A DNA stretch of 64,000 nt, taken from the NCBI RefSeq assembly GCF_024521635.1, contig NW_026250421.1, positions 62,001 through 126,000 of the forward strand, read 5' to 3'. The position numbers and the translations under genes were made by a program. Under the pieces are notes generated by a model. It was not told the origin of the DNA. It ran no database searches and worked only from the letters and a program-made list of their open reading frames with translations. Below, piece by piece: positions 24,171-37,803 of this stretch. The DNA comes from Tricharina praecox. Taxonomy: Eukaryota. Position 1 is the stretch's first letter; each line of letters starts with the position of its first letter.

Positions 24171-27100
24171 TCAAACAAATCCCCTTATACCCGCCAATCC
24201 CGACCCAGGCGAAAACCTAGATTTCTTCTTCGGCTTGGGTTCCTTCGCCGCTGGTGGTTGCTGCTCGTCCTCCTTTTGTTTCTTGCCAACATTTTGAACG
24301 CCTAGTTAGTAGGAGATTAGACCCGCCGTGCAACCAAATAAATCAGGTGTTGAAAACTCACCACCTCTACCCCTGACCCTCACTTCTGATCCAGGCTTGA
24401 TCTTATCTCTCCTGGCCCGTTCCGATGAGGTGGTGGATTTGATGGTCCTCATACTCCGCGCATCATCAGAAATGGTTGTGCCGACCGATCCCGACCCGGA
24501 GCCCATTGTTGCGGTGGCGATGCTGTCGGGCATCGAAGGTTGACGTCTCAACTGGCGCTGCTGGTCAAAGTAATCCCCTCGTTGATGCATAGGCTCGGGA
24601 CTCATTTGACCGCCGTGACTGGAGTATTTTGGAGGATGGCCTGCTCCTGGCGACATCGGACCACCTGAGGAGGCAGTCGGAGGCCGGTAATCTCGCATGC
24701 TACCGGAGTACTGAGCGTTGGAGGACTCGTTGAAGCTGGAATGCGGGCTCATGGAATCTTCCGAAGGTTGATACTGTCCTCCCTTGCGGTACGGGTCAAT
24801 GCTGCGTCCACTGTGTTGCTGGGGATTGTTGCTCTCGCTATCCGAAATCATATCGGCGTATTGAGAGTGCATTATGGACTGCGGCGACATAGGGTTACGC
24901 ATCGAGTCCATCTCTTGCTGTGCTTGCAACTCGATGTACTTGATCTCCAGCTCCGTGTACTTCTGAAGCAGATGGTTGTGAGCCTTCTTGAGACTAGACA
25001 ATCGTGAGTTGGCTTGTGAAAGGGCGTTGTCGATCATTCCCTGGAACGCCTGGCCAGGTGGCGGCGGTAGAGGATTTGCCATTGAGCTGATGCGCGATTC
25101 TAATTCTGAAATCTTGCCTTCATAGGCCCGTCTGACCTTCTGAGTCTCTTGGTCCCTAGCCGCGAGCCTCACTTTCATGCGCTCCACCTGCTGCATGGCA
25201 TTCTCCTCATTATGACGCTGCATCTCAAACTCTTGAGATTTCGCATCGTAATCAGTGAGCTTATTGCTGAGATGGTCAACAAATGTCCTAAGCTTGTTAA
25301 CCTCTTCGATGTTGGCGTTCAAGCTCTGCAGCTTCTGGCGCGACCGCAAGCCCTCAGCCTCACTGTCTTCCAACAGTTTTCGCAGGTGATCCGCCTCTTC
25401 CCTGGCAGCCTCCAATGCTTTCTTTGTCGCCTCCTCGTCCTGTCTCCACGCTTTCTGCTCCTCGCGCAATGCTCGGATCTTGGCGCTCAGCTCCGCCTCC
25501 CACTTCTTCGCCTGGTTCTTACTCTTCAACGCCTCCTGTCGTGACGCAGCATACGCTTTCTTGGCTTCCTCCAGTTTCGCTTTGAGGGTTTTATTCGTGT
25601 TGATCAAGTTCTGAGTCTCCGCTTCGGCCGTGGACTCCTTTATGTGCTTTCGCTGGAGGTGGCCAATGTGCGAGAGGTGCTGTTGCTTGAGGTAACGCTC
25701 GAAGTTCAGATCGTTCTTAAGAAGCATGACTTCGCGTTGAAGATAGGCAATCGTTCCCTGTGTATCAGTGGGCGCGGGACGAAGAGCAGGCGACCTAGGC
25801 ATGTTGCTGTGGTCCAACGACTGCATGTAGGCACCGAGACGTGGTGACGCCGTTGCGCTCCCTGGGTATCCTGGCGGAGGACCTGAAGGATGACGGGCGA
25901 CCACCGGAGAGGGTGCAAGCTCCTCTGAGCGCTTGAGATCGTGAAAGCTCGCCTGCAACTGCTCCTGCAGATTGAGCATGTCCTGGATATGTGACTCATC
26001 CGTGGTACCGAAGGTGCTGGTCGGAATCGTCGGGCTGTCGGGCGCTTTGGGATCCCGTGAAGGGGGTGTCCTTGCAGTCGTATCTGTAGTTTCTCGTCGC
26101 TGGTGGAACAGTCCCATAACCCTATCATTATTGGCGGCCGACGATGCATTCTCTGGCCAGTCATTGTTGGCGTCGTCGCCATAGTTTGACGCGTATTCAT
26201 CGCCCTGAGACAGGAGACTGTCGTTGGGAATATCTTCCGTCGGGATCAATGACTCTGGAATGCTGGACCTCGTGGAGCTCTTCTGTCTGGATCGCGAAGC
26301 ACCGAATGAGACATTGTTATTGACCAGCCCGATACACTGCGCCGTAACATCCGCCGGTTCCACCCTCATCCATCGGCTCTGATCGCTCAGCTCCGTCTCC
26401 GCCGTCAAGGTTAAGAAGTTAGGATGGAGAGTGTGGCATTGTCGGTAAAGTTCTGTCCGTTGACGGATGGTTTCTTCTTCGATATCCAACTGGTCGATAT
26501 CCTGGTAATTGACTCGCTCCAAGAACTTATACGGCTCTCGAATGAAATTGAGAAAGTTGATCGGGTACAGGCCGTACAGAAAACTGAAGTAGTCGCCAAC
26601 ATCAGGCGTCGTGGAAGTTGCGGTCTCGAAAGACGAATTCAGCTTTTGCCAGCCGTCACCATTAATACTCTCCTCGTGCCTCTCAACCGAGAGAGGTGTT
26701 CCAGTCCTCGAGTACGCGTCCATTCCGGGAAACCGATGCTCGTCCAAGCGGACAATGCCGAACTTATCCCAGCAGAGAACACGGGTGTACACGACGAACA
26801 ATCTCGGAAGATAGGCACCAAGCGAGTTGCAGAGATGCGGCATGAACATGATCAAGACAGTCAGGGCCAGCGAGATAACCGTAGTCGAAGTGTCGTTCTC
26901 CAGGCACTGCAGAAGATGATCCAGCAACGGGGTCTGTAAGACTTGGTAGAGATGAGGGCCCTGAAGCCGGACATAACTACACAAGAGTCCCAGAATCTGA
27001 AGCCTCGACTCCTTCTGAATGATGAAGGCATCAACTTTCCCTAGGAACGCCTTCGGCTTTCGTTTCCCGTACGCCAGCAATAAAGCCTGCACATTGTCGG

Positions 27101-27688
27101 ACACGAATCTGTGTTTCTGTTCCTCCCTGATTCCCGCTCCCCTGTCCGATGAAGCCGTCAATTTCGTCTTCTCCAAGAAGATTTCGAAAAGCTTGTCCGT
27201 GAAAACCGAAGATGCCTGCGCTTTTTGTCCCGTAGGATCATCGTCCTCGTCGTAGGCCAGCACGCTCAAGACTATTGCTCGTGCATCCGCCGCAATCGCT
27301 TTCGTCTGTCCCATTGAATCGAATGTGGGTTTTACTAATATATCCCACCATTTCGACAACTCATCCACCCCAAGAATAGCCGGCCGAAGAGCGCGGAAGC
27401 AGGCAAGGAAAACTCCGAGCTTCTCGGGAACTCCTTGCACTCTTGATGCGTGGATCGTCAGAAGTTCCTCGTGGAGCCGTGCTGAGTCGTGGCCATCGAT
27501 GTCGACGTGCCGGTTGAGATAGGTTTGGATGACATTGAGCACGTCATCTGGCAGCGTATACGAAGGATGCGTCACCGACAGTGCTCCATTGAGCGTCTTG
27601 ACAAGGTCTTTCAAAGATCTGTACACAGATATATTTTAGCGCCGGTCAGACCACAGGTAGTTGATGGCAATCCATACCCTCCCGACAT
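24171..27688 (-). CDS. TSC1: Hamartin / tuberous sclerosis 1 homologue (3 exons)
   Basis: MSGG|SLKDLVK, YFSFLYGLYPINF, H.LHPNFL, coiled coil LLKNDLNFERYLKQQHLSHIG, VRGRGG|VQNVG, ending GIRGFV*. Confidence 0.92.
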
Positions 27689-29720
27689 TGTGTCTGTTGC
27701 TATCTGTGTTTTTTTTGATCCGGTTGGGGTTGGTGTTCCAAGACAAGCCGCTTGAAGCATACAGATGACGATATCTCGGGAATCTGGTACTAGCTATCTC
27801 TTCTTCCCTTTCTCATGCTACGATACCCCAGACGATCCCCAGACGAGGCTGCCGCTGCGCTGCGCTGATGTGGTATTAGCCGCTCGTTCGTTCGCTCTTG
27901 TCGAACCGTAGGCGGGAGTGCGCAGGCAATTGTAGGTGCAGGATCGCACGCCGTCAGCAGACGTTCCGATGACGAAATTCCGAGCGCGGTTGGATGCGGA
28001 AAGTGACGTTGTTGCAAGGCGGGGAAACCCAGGAGTTTAAATTCTCGTTTCAGAAGGCAAGACGGCTGAAACTTTTAATACGATGTAATGCGTAGGTCCT
28101 AGCTATGTACGAGTAGGCGAGTATGTAGATGGGGAAAGCGTGAGAGGCCGCGAGGTTTACGGAGAGAGGCAACCAGGTATCGGGCCGTGCCTTCGAACTC
28201 AAAAGAAAAACGTCGATCTACTCTAAAGTTAGCTTCCTGTCCCAATAGCTCCGAGGCGAATCGGCGCGGCTACTGACCGAAGAAGGGCAAAAGTCGCAGC
28301 AGGCACGGAAAGCTGCTGGTGCTGGGAAGGCGTGTGATTGACAACGCAGTGTGTCCGTCTGCCAGATTCCGGGACTGATTATTGCGATCGCGGGAGAGAG
28401 AAAGAGACCTTAGGTGGAAAAGAGGTCTAGAAGTATGGAGAGGTAACCCAGGTCTGGCGAACCGCGGAGCTGGCCTGGTGTGGGGGTGGGGGGGCAACTA
28501 TCTAACGGAAGAAGCCCGATGCCGTGAATCGCCGGTTCAGAGCTGGGTCCCAACCAAGGACGTTTAACGTGGGGCGCCGAGATGCGTTGCTGCGGTGATG
28601 CGATGAGGTGGGGGGAGGGGATGATGAAAGGTGAAAGGAAAAGAAAAGAAACGACCGCAGTGGACAAAAGCAACCCACAGCCCCCCGACAAAACTCCTTT
28701 CTTCTGTGCTCCCCTCCCCATCTCACCTATCGCAATTGGTATTCTTCATATCTATCCGGAGAAGAGTTTCCTAGTTCGCAAGGCACCAATAAACCGATGC
28801 AGAAGCCCAGCAAGATGGGTCAAGGATGGCCATGGACCAGCTACCTACGCTTCCCTACCGATCCGCACCGTCATCCTAGTGAAGGGTTGCGCCTGTCCAT
28901 CCATCGTCAGCCCCTCCATCAAAAGGAAAGCAACCGAGCAGTCAGGCAGCCGGCAATCACATTACTCGGAACAGGGGCGGGAGGGATGCTGCAGATATCT
29001 ACATCTCACGAGTGTTGAGTTTGCTAGAGCTATGTACCCATACATACACATGCTTACACTGCCGGTAAGACACGGGTCACGACATGGGTATGTCCCAGGA
29101 ATTAATCGCTCTAGGTGGACCGTGCGGACGCAAAGGAAGAGCTTCAAGACCCGATTTCACGCTAGCGTGATGGCTGCAACTGTAGATAATCCTAGAGACA
29201 AGACCTCAACTTTGAACGAAGGCCTAGAGAGGAATTGCATTGACGAGGAACTCCCGTCAACCACACCTGGTTACGCTGGACACGATGGAGTATCTACTCT
29301 ATGTATGATACTCGCATGACGATGGCCACACTGCCGTTGTGCCACGGACCATCCAGCTGTTTCTCGGCCTCTTTCTCCTTCATGTGCATCATATTTCTCG
29401 TGTTCTCGCTCTCACTTTTGTCCGTCGGTCCGGACAAGGGGTTCAATAGATGGCGATGCTCTGGCGGACAAGCCACGGGATGTTCATAGGTGAATAAGTA
29501 CCGTACTTACCAAGGTATCTACCTGCCTGTGCGCGGTGTGGACGAGCAGCATGAGCATGTTATCGCCGTTCAAGGTCTGGCGGACCTACCTACTCCACAC
29601 CGGGGCAAAGCGCACTGGTGTGGGGGTGTCCGCAACTTCCCGTCCGGCTACCTTATCAGCAACTATCGATACCGAGTCCTGGGGTTCTCCCCCCCTCCCC
29701 TGAGGCACTACTGGAGTACT

Positions 29721-29914
29721 AGGAGCTGCCAATAAGTGGTGCCTCACCACCATTACGAATTATAAGCGCAGATAAGCTAGTCTATATTAGGAGCGCATTA
29801 AGCCAGATACATTGAAGTGAGTGAGTGGTGGTGACTAAGTTGTATGGGGGGAGAGACGCTAAGCTGTATGGGGGAAAAACTGGTGAGGCAGCACTTACCC
29901 TTACACCCGAGTAC
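29721..29914. mobile_element. MITE-like element, copy 1
   Basis: ~190-bp direct repeat of 30562-30745, with a 17-nt inverted repeat TAAGTGGTGCCTCACCA (29733-29749) / TGGTGAGGCAGCACTTA (29881-29897), 16/17 match. Confidence 0.6.
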
Positions 29915-30561
29915 TGGTAGAACTACCCCTTTCGGTAAAGATTCAGAGCCAATCAACCGTGGGAGGGAGGTTTTGTCGACCACAGCCGCGACCTGCATTT
30001 ATCTACTCATATAGCCGCATGGCGGGCTATCCTGAAATCGAAGTTCAGAGTGCTGTGACTCCGTCAACGAGAATTGCACGTGGTCAAGAGGCTTGGGAGA
30101 TCACGATCGGCAACTTGGTGCCAAGGGGAGGTGTGTGTGTCTCCGCCTCATAGATATAAGGCAGCACTCAGCACTGTACTCTATGTCAACTGGTGTCGAC
30201 GATGCCTGCCCTGTCACCATAACCCCCTATCAATCTAATGATCTCCAGAATGCGTCTCGCTTTAAGGCGTCACAGGCACGTAATTGCGTGGTTGATTGCC
30301 TCCATCAACGTGGCCGCAACCGGGAGGTATGATACACCGTCACCCATAGTTATGCCCTAGGAAGCGGCTAATTTTGCTTCCACATGGTCATGAAGTATTT
30401 GCAATCCTTCCTTTGGTTATGGGCATCCGTCGGTCCGCCGGTGCCTGACCGGAAGCCTTGGGAACAGTGCTCTAGTGGTCAGCGGTTGCTCACACCAGGG
30501 TAGAAACTCCCTGCCGATTCTCGGTTCGGGAGGTAGGTACTCCACCGGAGAGGTAGGTACC

Positions 30562-30745
30562 AGGAGCTGCCAATAAGTGGTGCCTCACCACCATTACGCA
30601 TTTTAAGCAGTAGTCTATATTAGGAGCGCACTAAGTCAGATACAATGAAATGAGTGAGTGGCTGTGACTAAGTTGTATGGGGAAAAACGCTAAGCTGTAT
30701 GGGGGCAAAACTGGTGAGGCAGCACTTACCCTTACACCCGAGTAC
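30562..30745. mobile_element. MITE-like element, copy 2
   Basis: Same element with the inverted repeats at 30574-30590 / 30712-30728, internal substitutions and a short deletion relative to copy 1. Confidence 0.6.
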
Positions 30746-33030
30746 ATACCATTATTGCTGACAAGCGGCCCGTCCCCAACCTACACATTACCCGGATCCG
30801 GGATGGGGTCTGTATAATCCTCATGGCTGCGGCGTCTGCCCCCAACTCCAACCATGAAGTCAATATGTACCCCACTTGCATAAGTGGTTACTCTACTTTA
30901 CCGTTGGGTATGCAACTGCAAACGGCCACCTCCAGGCAGCATCCAGTCGTCCTTGTGGGGGAACTGTGTTCCGGTCTTTTCTCCGGTTCTTTCCCGGGCC
31001 TATACTATACAATATACCTCTCCGACCTTGGAATCAGAGATGAAACGAGGGTTAACCTGTCACGAATCGCATGGATATGTGCCGCCTATACTTATGGACA
31101 GTATCTACATGTTGGCAGTGGATGGGTTGTGGCGCCGCGGTGTTATGGTTTCTCTCCTAAGCTTCACATACGTACTCACTTGGTTAACTCCTTAAAGGAC
31201 GGGCAAGGTTGTGTCGGAACTCTTGGAGGCCCGACGTCAACGTAGGTAGAGTACGGTACCTACTGGCCTGATGCGGTCCGAATTGACCCTGGGATGGGGC
31301 AAAAGTGCACAGCCAGTAAGGTTTGTATGTCGGTCTGTATGTATGTCATATGAAAGCGCTTGGACTCGATGCTTTGCTCGTCTGCATTTATCCCGTGTTG
31401 TTTCTTCCTCGGGTTTCTCCTTTGCGTCTGCCTAGAGACATCGCCATCATCTGCTAGTAACCTCGAATGGTCGAATAGGGAAGTCAGTCTGTAGTTATAG
31501 TACCCAAGCAATCACAGCTCAGTGTGAGGCGCAATATGCGCCATCCGCGTATCCCAGAAATAATCAGCACTAACTAAGGTCCCGCCCTATGTGAAGTATT
31601 GTACATAGTAGGCCCACACAAGCCGAGACAAGCGGCCGTTGTGCTGTTGGACGGATCCGGTGAGACGAGCACTGGGGGGCAGTGGGGCTGGCACATCCCA
31701 TCCGGAAGCAAGGATCCAGCCACGGCTTCCCTGGCGTAGGGCCTGGGACCCTGATCTGCCGTCACCTATTCTCCCGGGACGTTCTCGAAGGCTTACAGGC
31801 AGGATATGTTTCATCTGTAGGTGCAGTCCGTAGAAGACCCACCCACCCACCCACACTGGAGGCCGTATGTAGATATGTAAGTACATATGGTGGACTCGTC
31901 GGCATATATGTACCAAGTATGTGTGTATGACTTCCAAGGGGGCAGGTGTCTAATATCCGAGCGGGTATCTACGTACGATACTACCGGTACCGTATGTATG
32001 TAGAGTAGGTACTTTACGGAGATATCCGTGGGTACCATCATCGAGCGCAGGAAAACGGGTTGGTCTCCATGTGTCCGGAGAATGTTTACTATCCAACGTC
32101 CACCGCGAAGTTGTTTTGTTTCGCCAGCCGGACTTTCTTTTTGATGCCGAGGACTCCTAGCTCCAACGCATGCACGGAACCAAGGGTCGCCGTCCATACG
32201 TGGCCTGAAATCCACTCGCCTCGCCGTCCATTGAAGCGAGACTGGCTGTCCAGCTTTGCCGTCGTGGCGTCTCCGGGATTAATTAGACCGGTCCGTTGAT
32301 TAGTTGCATTGGCGAGCACTCGATCCGTGATCAAGGATCCGAGGGAAACATTGTTCCGAATGGGGGGATGGGAGCTTTCTTTGGCCAGAGTCAGGAGCAG
32401 AACGAACTGTGGAGATGAGCGTGAGCCGAGGATCAACAGAGCTAGAGTAACCAGGTGTGCGGCATGCGCGCGAGTGCGAGTGCGAGCTGTGAAGAAGTGA
32501 ATCCGCATGTGGCGAACGGCACCGGTTTCACTATGGCCCAGCGCCACAGACACTATGCCCGCAAGCCACGTTGTGCGGGACTCTAGAACACCATCGATCG
32601 GAAGTTTCATTGAGAAACAGGACACCCTGTACCAGGTACCTAGGGGTGGCCAATTGTCAGCTCCAATTCTTGGTCCGGCCGTTCCTGCAGACTCCTATCT
32701 TCTCTGGTGCCCCGTGCTCAGTCATGTTTGGCACGGGCCTTTGAATGCCGACGGATATTTCGACATCCGAAAATATTGCCGGCCCGTCTGCGTTGTAGTC
32801 AGTGATCCCCGGTGAGTGTTGTGGGAGATGGATGCGAGCGGGAGAGGGAAGGAGGGGGCGGTGGAGTTCAATGTTACCCGGGGGACACGTGCTACCCATT
32901 CCTCTCGCGTTTAGTGACTCGCGCCACCCCAGACCACACCAACCATCGACTCAAACGCTCAGAACCCATAATCTTCCACAATCACACGCCATCCATCACC
33001 TCTCTTCCAAACACCATTTAAAATCACATA

Positions 33031-34047
33031 ATGAGTAGATAACCTCTTAAACACAGGGCTCCGTTCTTTTTCTAATCGTTGTTCAGGTTACGGCGGCGGC
33101 AATGATTACCAGTCCTACGGAGCCAGTGGAGGTGGATTTTACACAGGCTCTCAGGCCGGTGGAGGCAGCCAGACAACCCCGGGAAGTGAGGCAAAGGTAC
33201 AGCTCATCCATGGACATACCAGTTGAGACAACCCATTGATACTGATTTCCACTCAGGGTCGAGGCTCGAATACGTTGCGTCCAGTCACCATCAAACAGAT
33301 TCTCGAAGCTACCCAAGACCTAGCCGAATCGCCCCATAAGATCGACGGTATCGAGATAAGCCATGTTTGCCCCTCCTAACCTCTCTCTCACCCTGTGGTC
33401 GGTGGTATTGATAGCTACCTCAGATCACATTCATAGGACGCGTGCGGAGTGTTGCCGAGCAGACCACCAACATCACGTACGTGATAGACGACGGCACGGG
33501 CACGGTAGACGTGAAGCAATGGGTCGACGCGGAAGCTGCCGCAGAAAGCGGTGCTGCGCAGCAGATGAACGGGCAGTACGTGCGCATTCTCGGACAGCTC
33601 AAGTCGTTCGGCAATAAGAAGCATGTCGGCTCCCACAAAATTCACGCCGTCACTGACTTCAACGAAGTCGCATATCATCTCCTTGAGGCAACCCTTGTCC
33701 ATCTACAGCTCACTCGGGGCCCGCCACCGGACCACACTGGTGGTGCGGCTACGTCCGCGTATGGTCAGCAGGCTAGAAGTGGCGGCGATGTTGTGATGGG
33801 CGGTACAGGCGGAGATGTGGGAGGACCTTCTCATAATTTACCGTCGGAAGCCTCCCGCGACGCCAGGCTTGTCTTCAATGCCATCAAGGCGGCGTCGGAT
33901 TCTGCCGAGGGCATCCATTACAGCGTCATCAAGAACAAGAGCCAGCTGTCCATGGATGTCGTCAACAGTGCTGTGGAGGAGCTGTTAGGTTTGGGAGCCG
34001 TCTACACGACAATGGATGAGTTCCATGTGGCTGCGATGGAGTTTTAG
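33031..34047 (+). CDS. RFA2: Replication protein A 32 kDa subunit (4 exons)
   Basis: Gly/Ser-rich N-terminus, TLRPVTIKQI, OB fold YVIDDGTGTVDVKQW, DFNEVAYHLLEA, winged-helix end VYTTMDEFH. Confidence 0.95.
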
Positions 34048-34491
34048 GCTGTTTAACCTGGTGAGAGGAAGGTCTCATGAGATGATATACCTAATACATT
34101 AGCTCTTCATTCACATCCCCATTACTATGTAACTACTCCATAGTGACCCATTGAAATCATAGACTGTGTTGGGAGCGAGCAAAATAATAACAACACTGAG
34201 TGCAGTAACTTCGTCTCCCCAGCCTTTCGCCGGACCACGTAGATAATGGTATGCTTTTCGCAAGGGTCTACTGTATATCCCGAGCTGGACTACGTTACGA
34301 CTTATCAGAAATAGGCAAGCCATGACGTATCTATGGGTATAGTTACTGCGTGATGCCGTATGAAGACGGCAGGGTCTACCAGGCAAGCTAATGAAATACG
34401 ATCCAAACCTTTTCTGCGTATGTAACCTACTGTACCAAACCCGCACCCACTCAAATCCCACGAGTCCGCATCGCATCTCCCCACACGAAGA

Positions 34492-35710
34492 ATGGCCATG
34501 CCAACGGGCCCTCTCTCGAGCAACTGGGAACTCCTCCGCAAGCGCCTCGACGCCGCCGCACCTCCGAAACGCAAACCCGCCGTCGTCGCCGCAGTCGAAA
34601 AGGAAGAGCCTGCAAAAAAGAAACTCAAGCGCCGGAGGTAAAGAACTCTTTTCCCCCTCCACCCCGACATATATACCCTCCCCCGCCCCCGCGCGCGCAC
34701 GACAGTTACTGAGAGACAGTGCGCAACAGAGCGGATGACGGCGCGGACACCTCCGTAGCGAAAAAGTCGAGAGCGCACAAAGACGCCGCTGCACCGCGGA
34801 AACGCACGGTCAGCATGTCCGCATCCACCGCGGCGGACGAGAAGACGCCGGCTTCCGGTATATCGGCGTCGCTGGCGCTGTGGGCCGAGAACAACGACAT
34901 TCCAGCCGAGGACCTGGCACGCGCGTATGGATTCCCGCTGAACACGACCAAGGTTGCGACGGCGGCGCCGGTCGATGGCGCGACGCTCGAGCCCGAGGAG
35001 GGAGGTGCCGCGAGTAAGACCGAGAGCGGACGGTATGTCGCCATGGATTGTGAGATGGTCGGTGTGGGCGAGGGAGAGCATGAGAGCTCTGCGCTGGCGA
35101 GAGTCTCGATCGTCAATTTCCATGGGCATTGTGTGCTCGATTGCTTTGTCAAGCCGAAGGAGAAGGTGACGGATTGGAGGACGTGGGTCAGTGGTGTTTC
35201 GCCGAAGGATATGGTTAATGGTTAGTCGCCTGGAGGAGGAGGAGGAGGAGGATGAGGAGGAGGGCGCTGACGACGACGACAGCTATAACGTTCGAGGAGG
35301 CGCAGAATAAGGTGGCGGATATACTCGATAGCCGGATACTCGTTGGTCATGCCATCAAAAACGATTTGGAGTGTTTACTCATTGGACACCCGAAACGGGA
35401 TATCCGCGATACCAGTCGACACCCGGAGTTTCGCAAGTATAGTAAGGGACGGACGCCCGGACTGAAGAAGCTTGCCAAGGAGATTCTGGGGATCGAGATT
35501 CAGGGGGGGTCGCATTCCAGTGTTAGTACTCTTCTCGGGACAAGATATTTGGACATTGCTGACGATAGTTAGATTGAGGATGCGAGAGCATGTATGCTTC
35601 TGTACCGTCGGTTCAAGGAGGACTTTGAAAGGGAGCACCAGATTCACTTCCCGAATCAACCGAAGAAGTCAGGCGGCGGGAAGAAGAAGAAAAAGAAGAG
35701 CAAGAAATGA
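34492..35710 (+). CDS. REX4: RNA exonuclease 4 (DEDDh family; 4 exons)
   Basis: [64 protein letters not shown]. Confidence 0.93.
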
Positions 35711-36278
35711 GTGGCGGTAGTGGTGGAGCATTCTGTATATACCATTTGAAGGCGCTCACCGGCCAACGTGAGGAATAATCAAGAACCGCCATAGCTGATG
35801 GACGTTCGTTCATGCGCATTGTCACTCGAATTTTGTCCCCCTTCGAGACCACACGTCCAGATATCAACAGTGACTGTCAACCCAATCAAGTGGGTGAGTT
35901 TATTGCTCTACGGAGGACAGCTGTCAGAGAGATCACCATCGCCGATAGACATTCATGATGCATACCATCATATTTTGTCACCTACAATGTGCATTACACA
36001 CCACCACCCAACGGGTACTCCGCACTGGGGAGTGTTTACACACGGTGCAAGGGACGGTTGTATCGCGAAATTGCGTGATGAGTATTCTCTAAAAAAGGTC
36101 CCGATGTACCTACCGTGGGACTACAAAAAAAATGACCGTATGTAAAACAATTGCCCAGTAAAAAAACAAAATCCCCCATCCTCATGCAATGGCGCCGTAA
36201 CGTGATCAATCATGAAAAAAAACAAATGTACAGAAAGAAAAAACACTCGCTCCGTCTAGTAGGTAGTCCATTACCTTC

Positions 36279-37803
36279 TCACTGCGCTGTGATGGCGGAC
36301 GAAAATCCCATGATGGCCATCCCAATGAAGGCGAAGATGAAAGACAACCGCGAGCCGTGATGTAACCGGATCGCCTGCGAAAACAGTTGGAGGCCAACTG
36401 AACACATGATACCAGCTGCGGAGAGGATCAGTATTTTTGTTCAGTAGGTAGAGGTGCGGGGGTATTATTTACCAGTTACGGAGAACAGAATACCATAGAC
36501 GGCGTAATTGATCTCAACGTCTCGCCCTCGAATGCTGAGCCATGCGAAGAGCGCTCCCATAGGTTGGGCAAGGCCACCCAACAAACTGGCCCAAACGACG
36601 GCTTTTGTGCGAGATCCTAATGCGAGGAACAACGGGAGGGACATAGCGAAGCCTTCGGCTATGTTGTGGATGAACAACGCAATGAACACGTTGAATCCAA
36701 GTGTCGGATTAGCATGGTTCGTGGCGTAGGTAATGAAACCCTGCACAGTACAAATTAGCAAGATGCTCGTGAAATGTCTGCGTGAGATTGGAGCATGCCT
36801 CGGGAAACTTGTGGAGGGCGATGGCGATTGATGTTTGAACGCCAATACTCAGGAACTTATTGTTTGGGACATGGTGATGTCCAGTTCCATGTTCATGGTC
36901 GTTATCATGGGAGTGCGCCGTGTGGTCATGTTCGGATACATTTGGGTGTATGTGCCCATCGTGCATGGGATGAATGTGCGAATGGGTACGCAAACCTTCA
37001 GTCGAGGATACACTCTCGGATACACTCTCGGAAGCCGCCTTCTTGCTCCGGTCTATACTACAGAACTGGTCGCAAGGGTGGTCGGAGTAACCGTAACACT
37101 TTCCGCTGGCGCAATGCTTTTTGAGGAACGACCGAGCATATCTAATGGTCGGACGGCGGTCTAGAAGCGGCGTCGTCTCTTCGTCGTCCGATAATTCCAC
37201 TGTCGTGGTGGTCTCGGGAAGCACATCTCCAGTCTCCAGCCGGGAATCGTGTAGTCCACCGTGGGAGTGTTCTCCGCCCACACTACCATGGTCTTCACAA
37301 GTGACGATCGATGATGGCAAGCAACGGTGAAGCAGCTCAGACACGACCTGTAGCCCGAGAACCCCCGCCAGAAAGAACCCGACAACCGCGAACTGTGCCT
37401 TACTCGCTGAGTATTCGTATCGCGAAAAGTAGCTCCTCGCTTCTGGTAGTAGTGTGACTAACGCGCTGAAAAACTAGAATCGCAGCATCAGCCTATTTCC
37501 CTCGTCCACGAATACTCGTGCAAAGTTTTTTTCTTTGCATCGTACCATCACACCAAAGCTCAAGCTCAGCGATGCGGCGAGGAAGGTTGTGCTCTGGCGA
37601 ATGTTGAACGAGCGCCATCTCGGGACGACATGCAGGATGATGTCAAGGTTGATAAAACAGGCACCGAAAACTGGAAGCAGGTACACAGATCAGTTTACCT
37701 ATCTCACGATGCGTGGAGAATTTTTGAGGAGAACAGTACCACATGCCAGTCCGCTGGCCGAAGCCAGAATCCAGCCCCGCTGGTCGTTGGGGATCACCGT
37801 CAT
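36279..37803 (-). CDS. ZIP-family zinc/iron transporter (Zrt3-like; multi-exon)
   Basis: NDQRGWILAS..ACVFGA, FLAASLSLSFGVM, a His-rich loop, IAIALHKFPE|GFITYATNH, HNIAEGFAMSLP; ends GFSSAITAQ*. Confidence 0.92.

Noticed and set aside
28515..28555. GGTTCAGA resembling a tRNA T-loop
   Set aside because: No cloverleaf, acceptor stem or A box could be built.
28582..29319. 245-aa ORF upstream of TSC1
   Set aside because: No recognisable motifs, no coding-like composition and no splice support.
29721..30745. The direct repeats as LTRs of a TRIM/retrotransposon (each contains CCCTTACA)
   Set aside because: There is no matching TG start, homology runs past the CA, and no PBS, PPT or coding remnant is evident. 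The inverted repeats fit a DNA-type element better.
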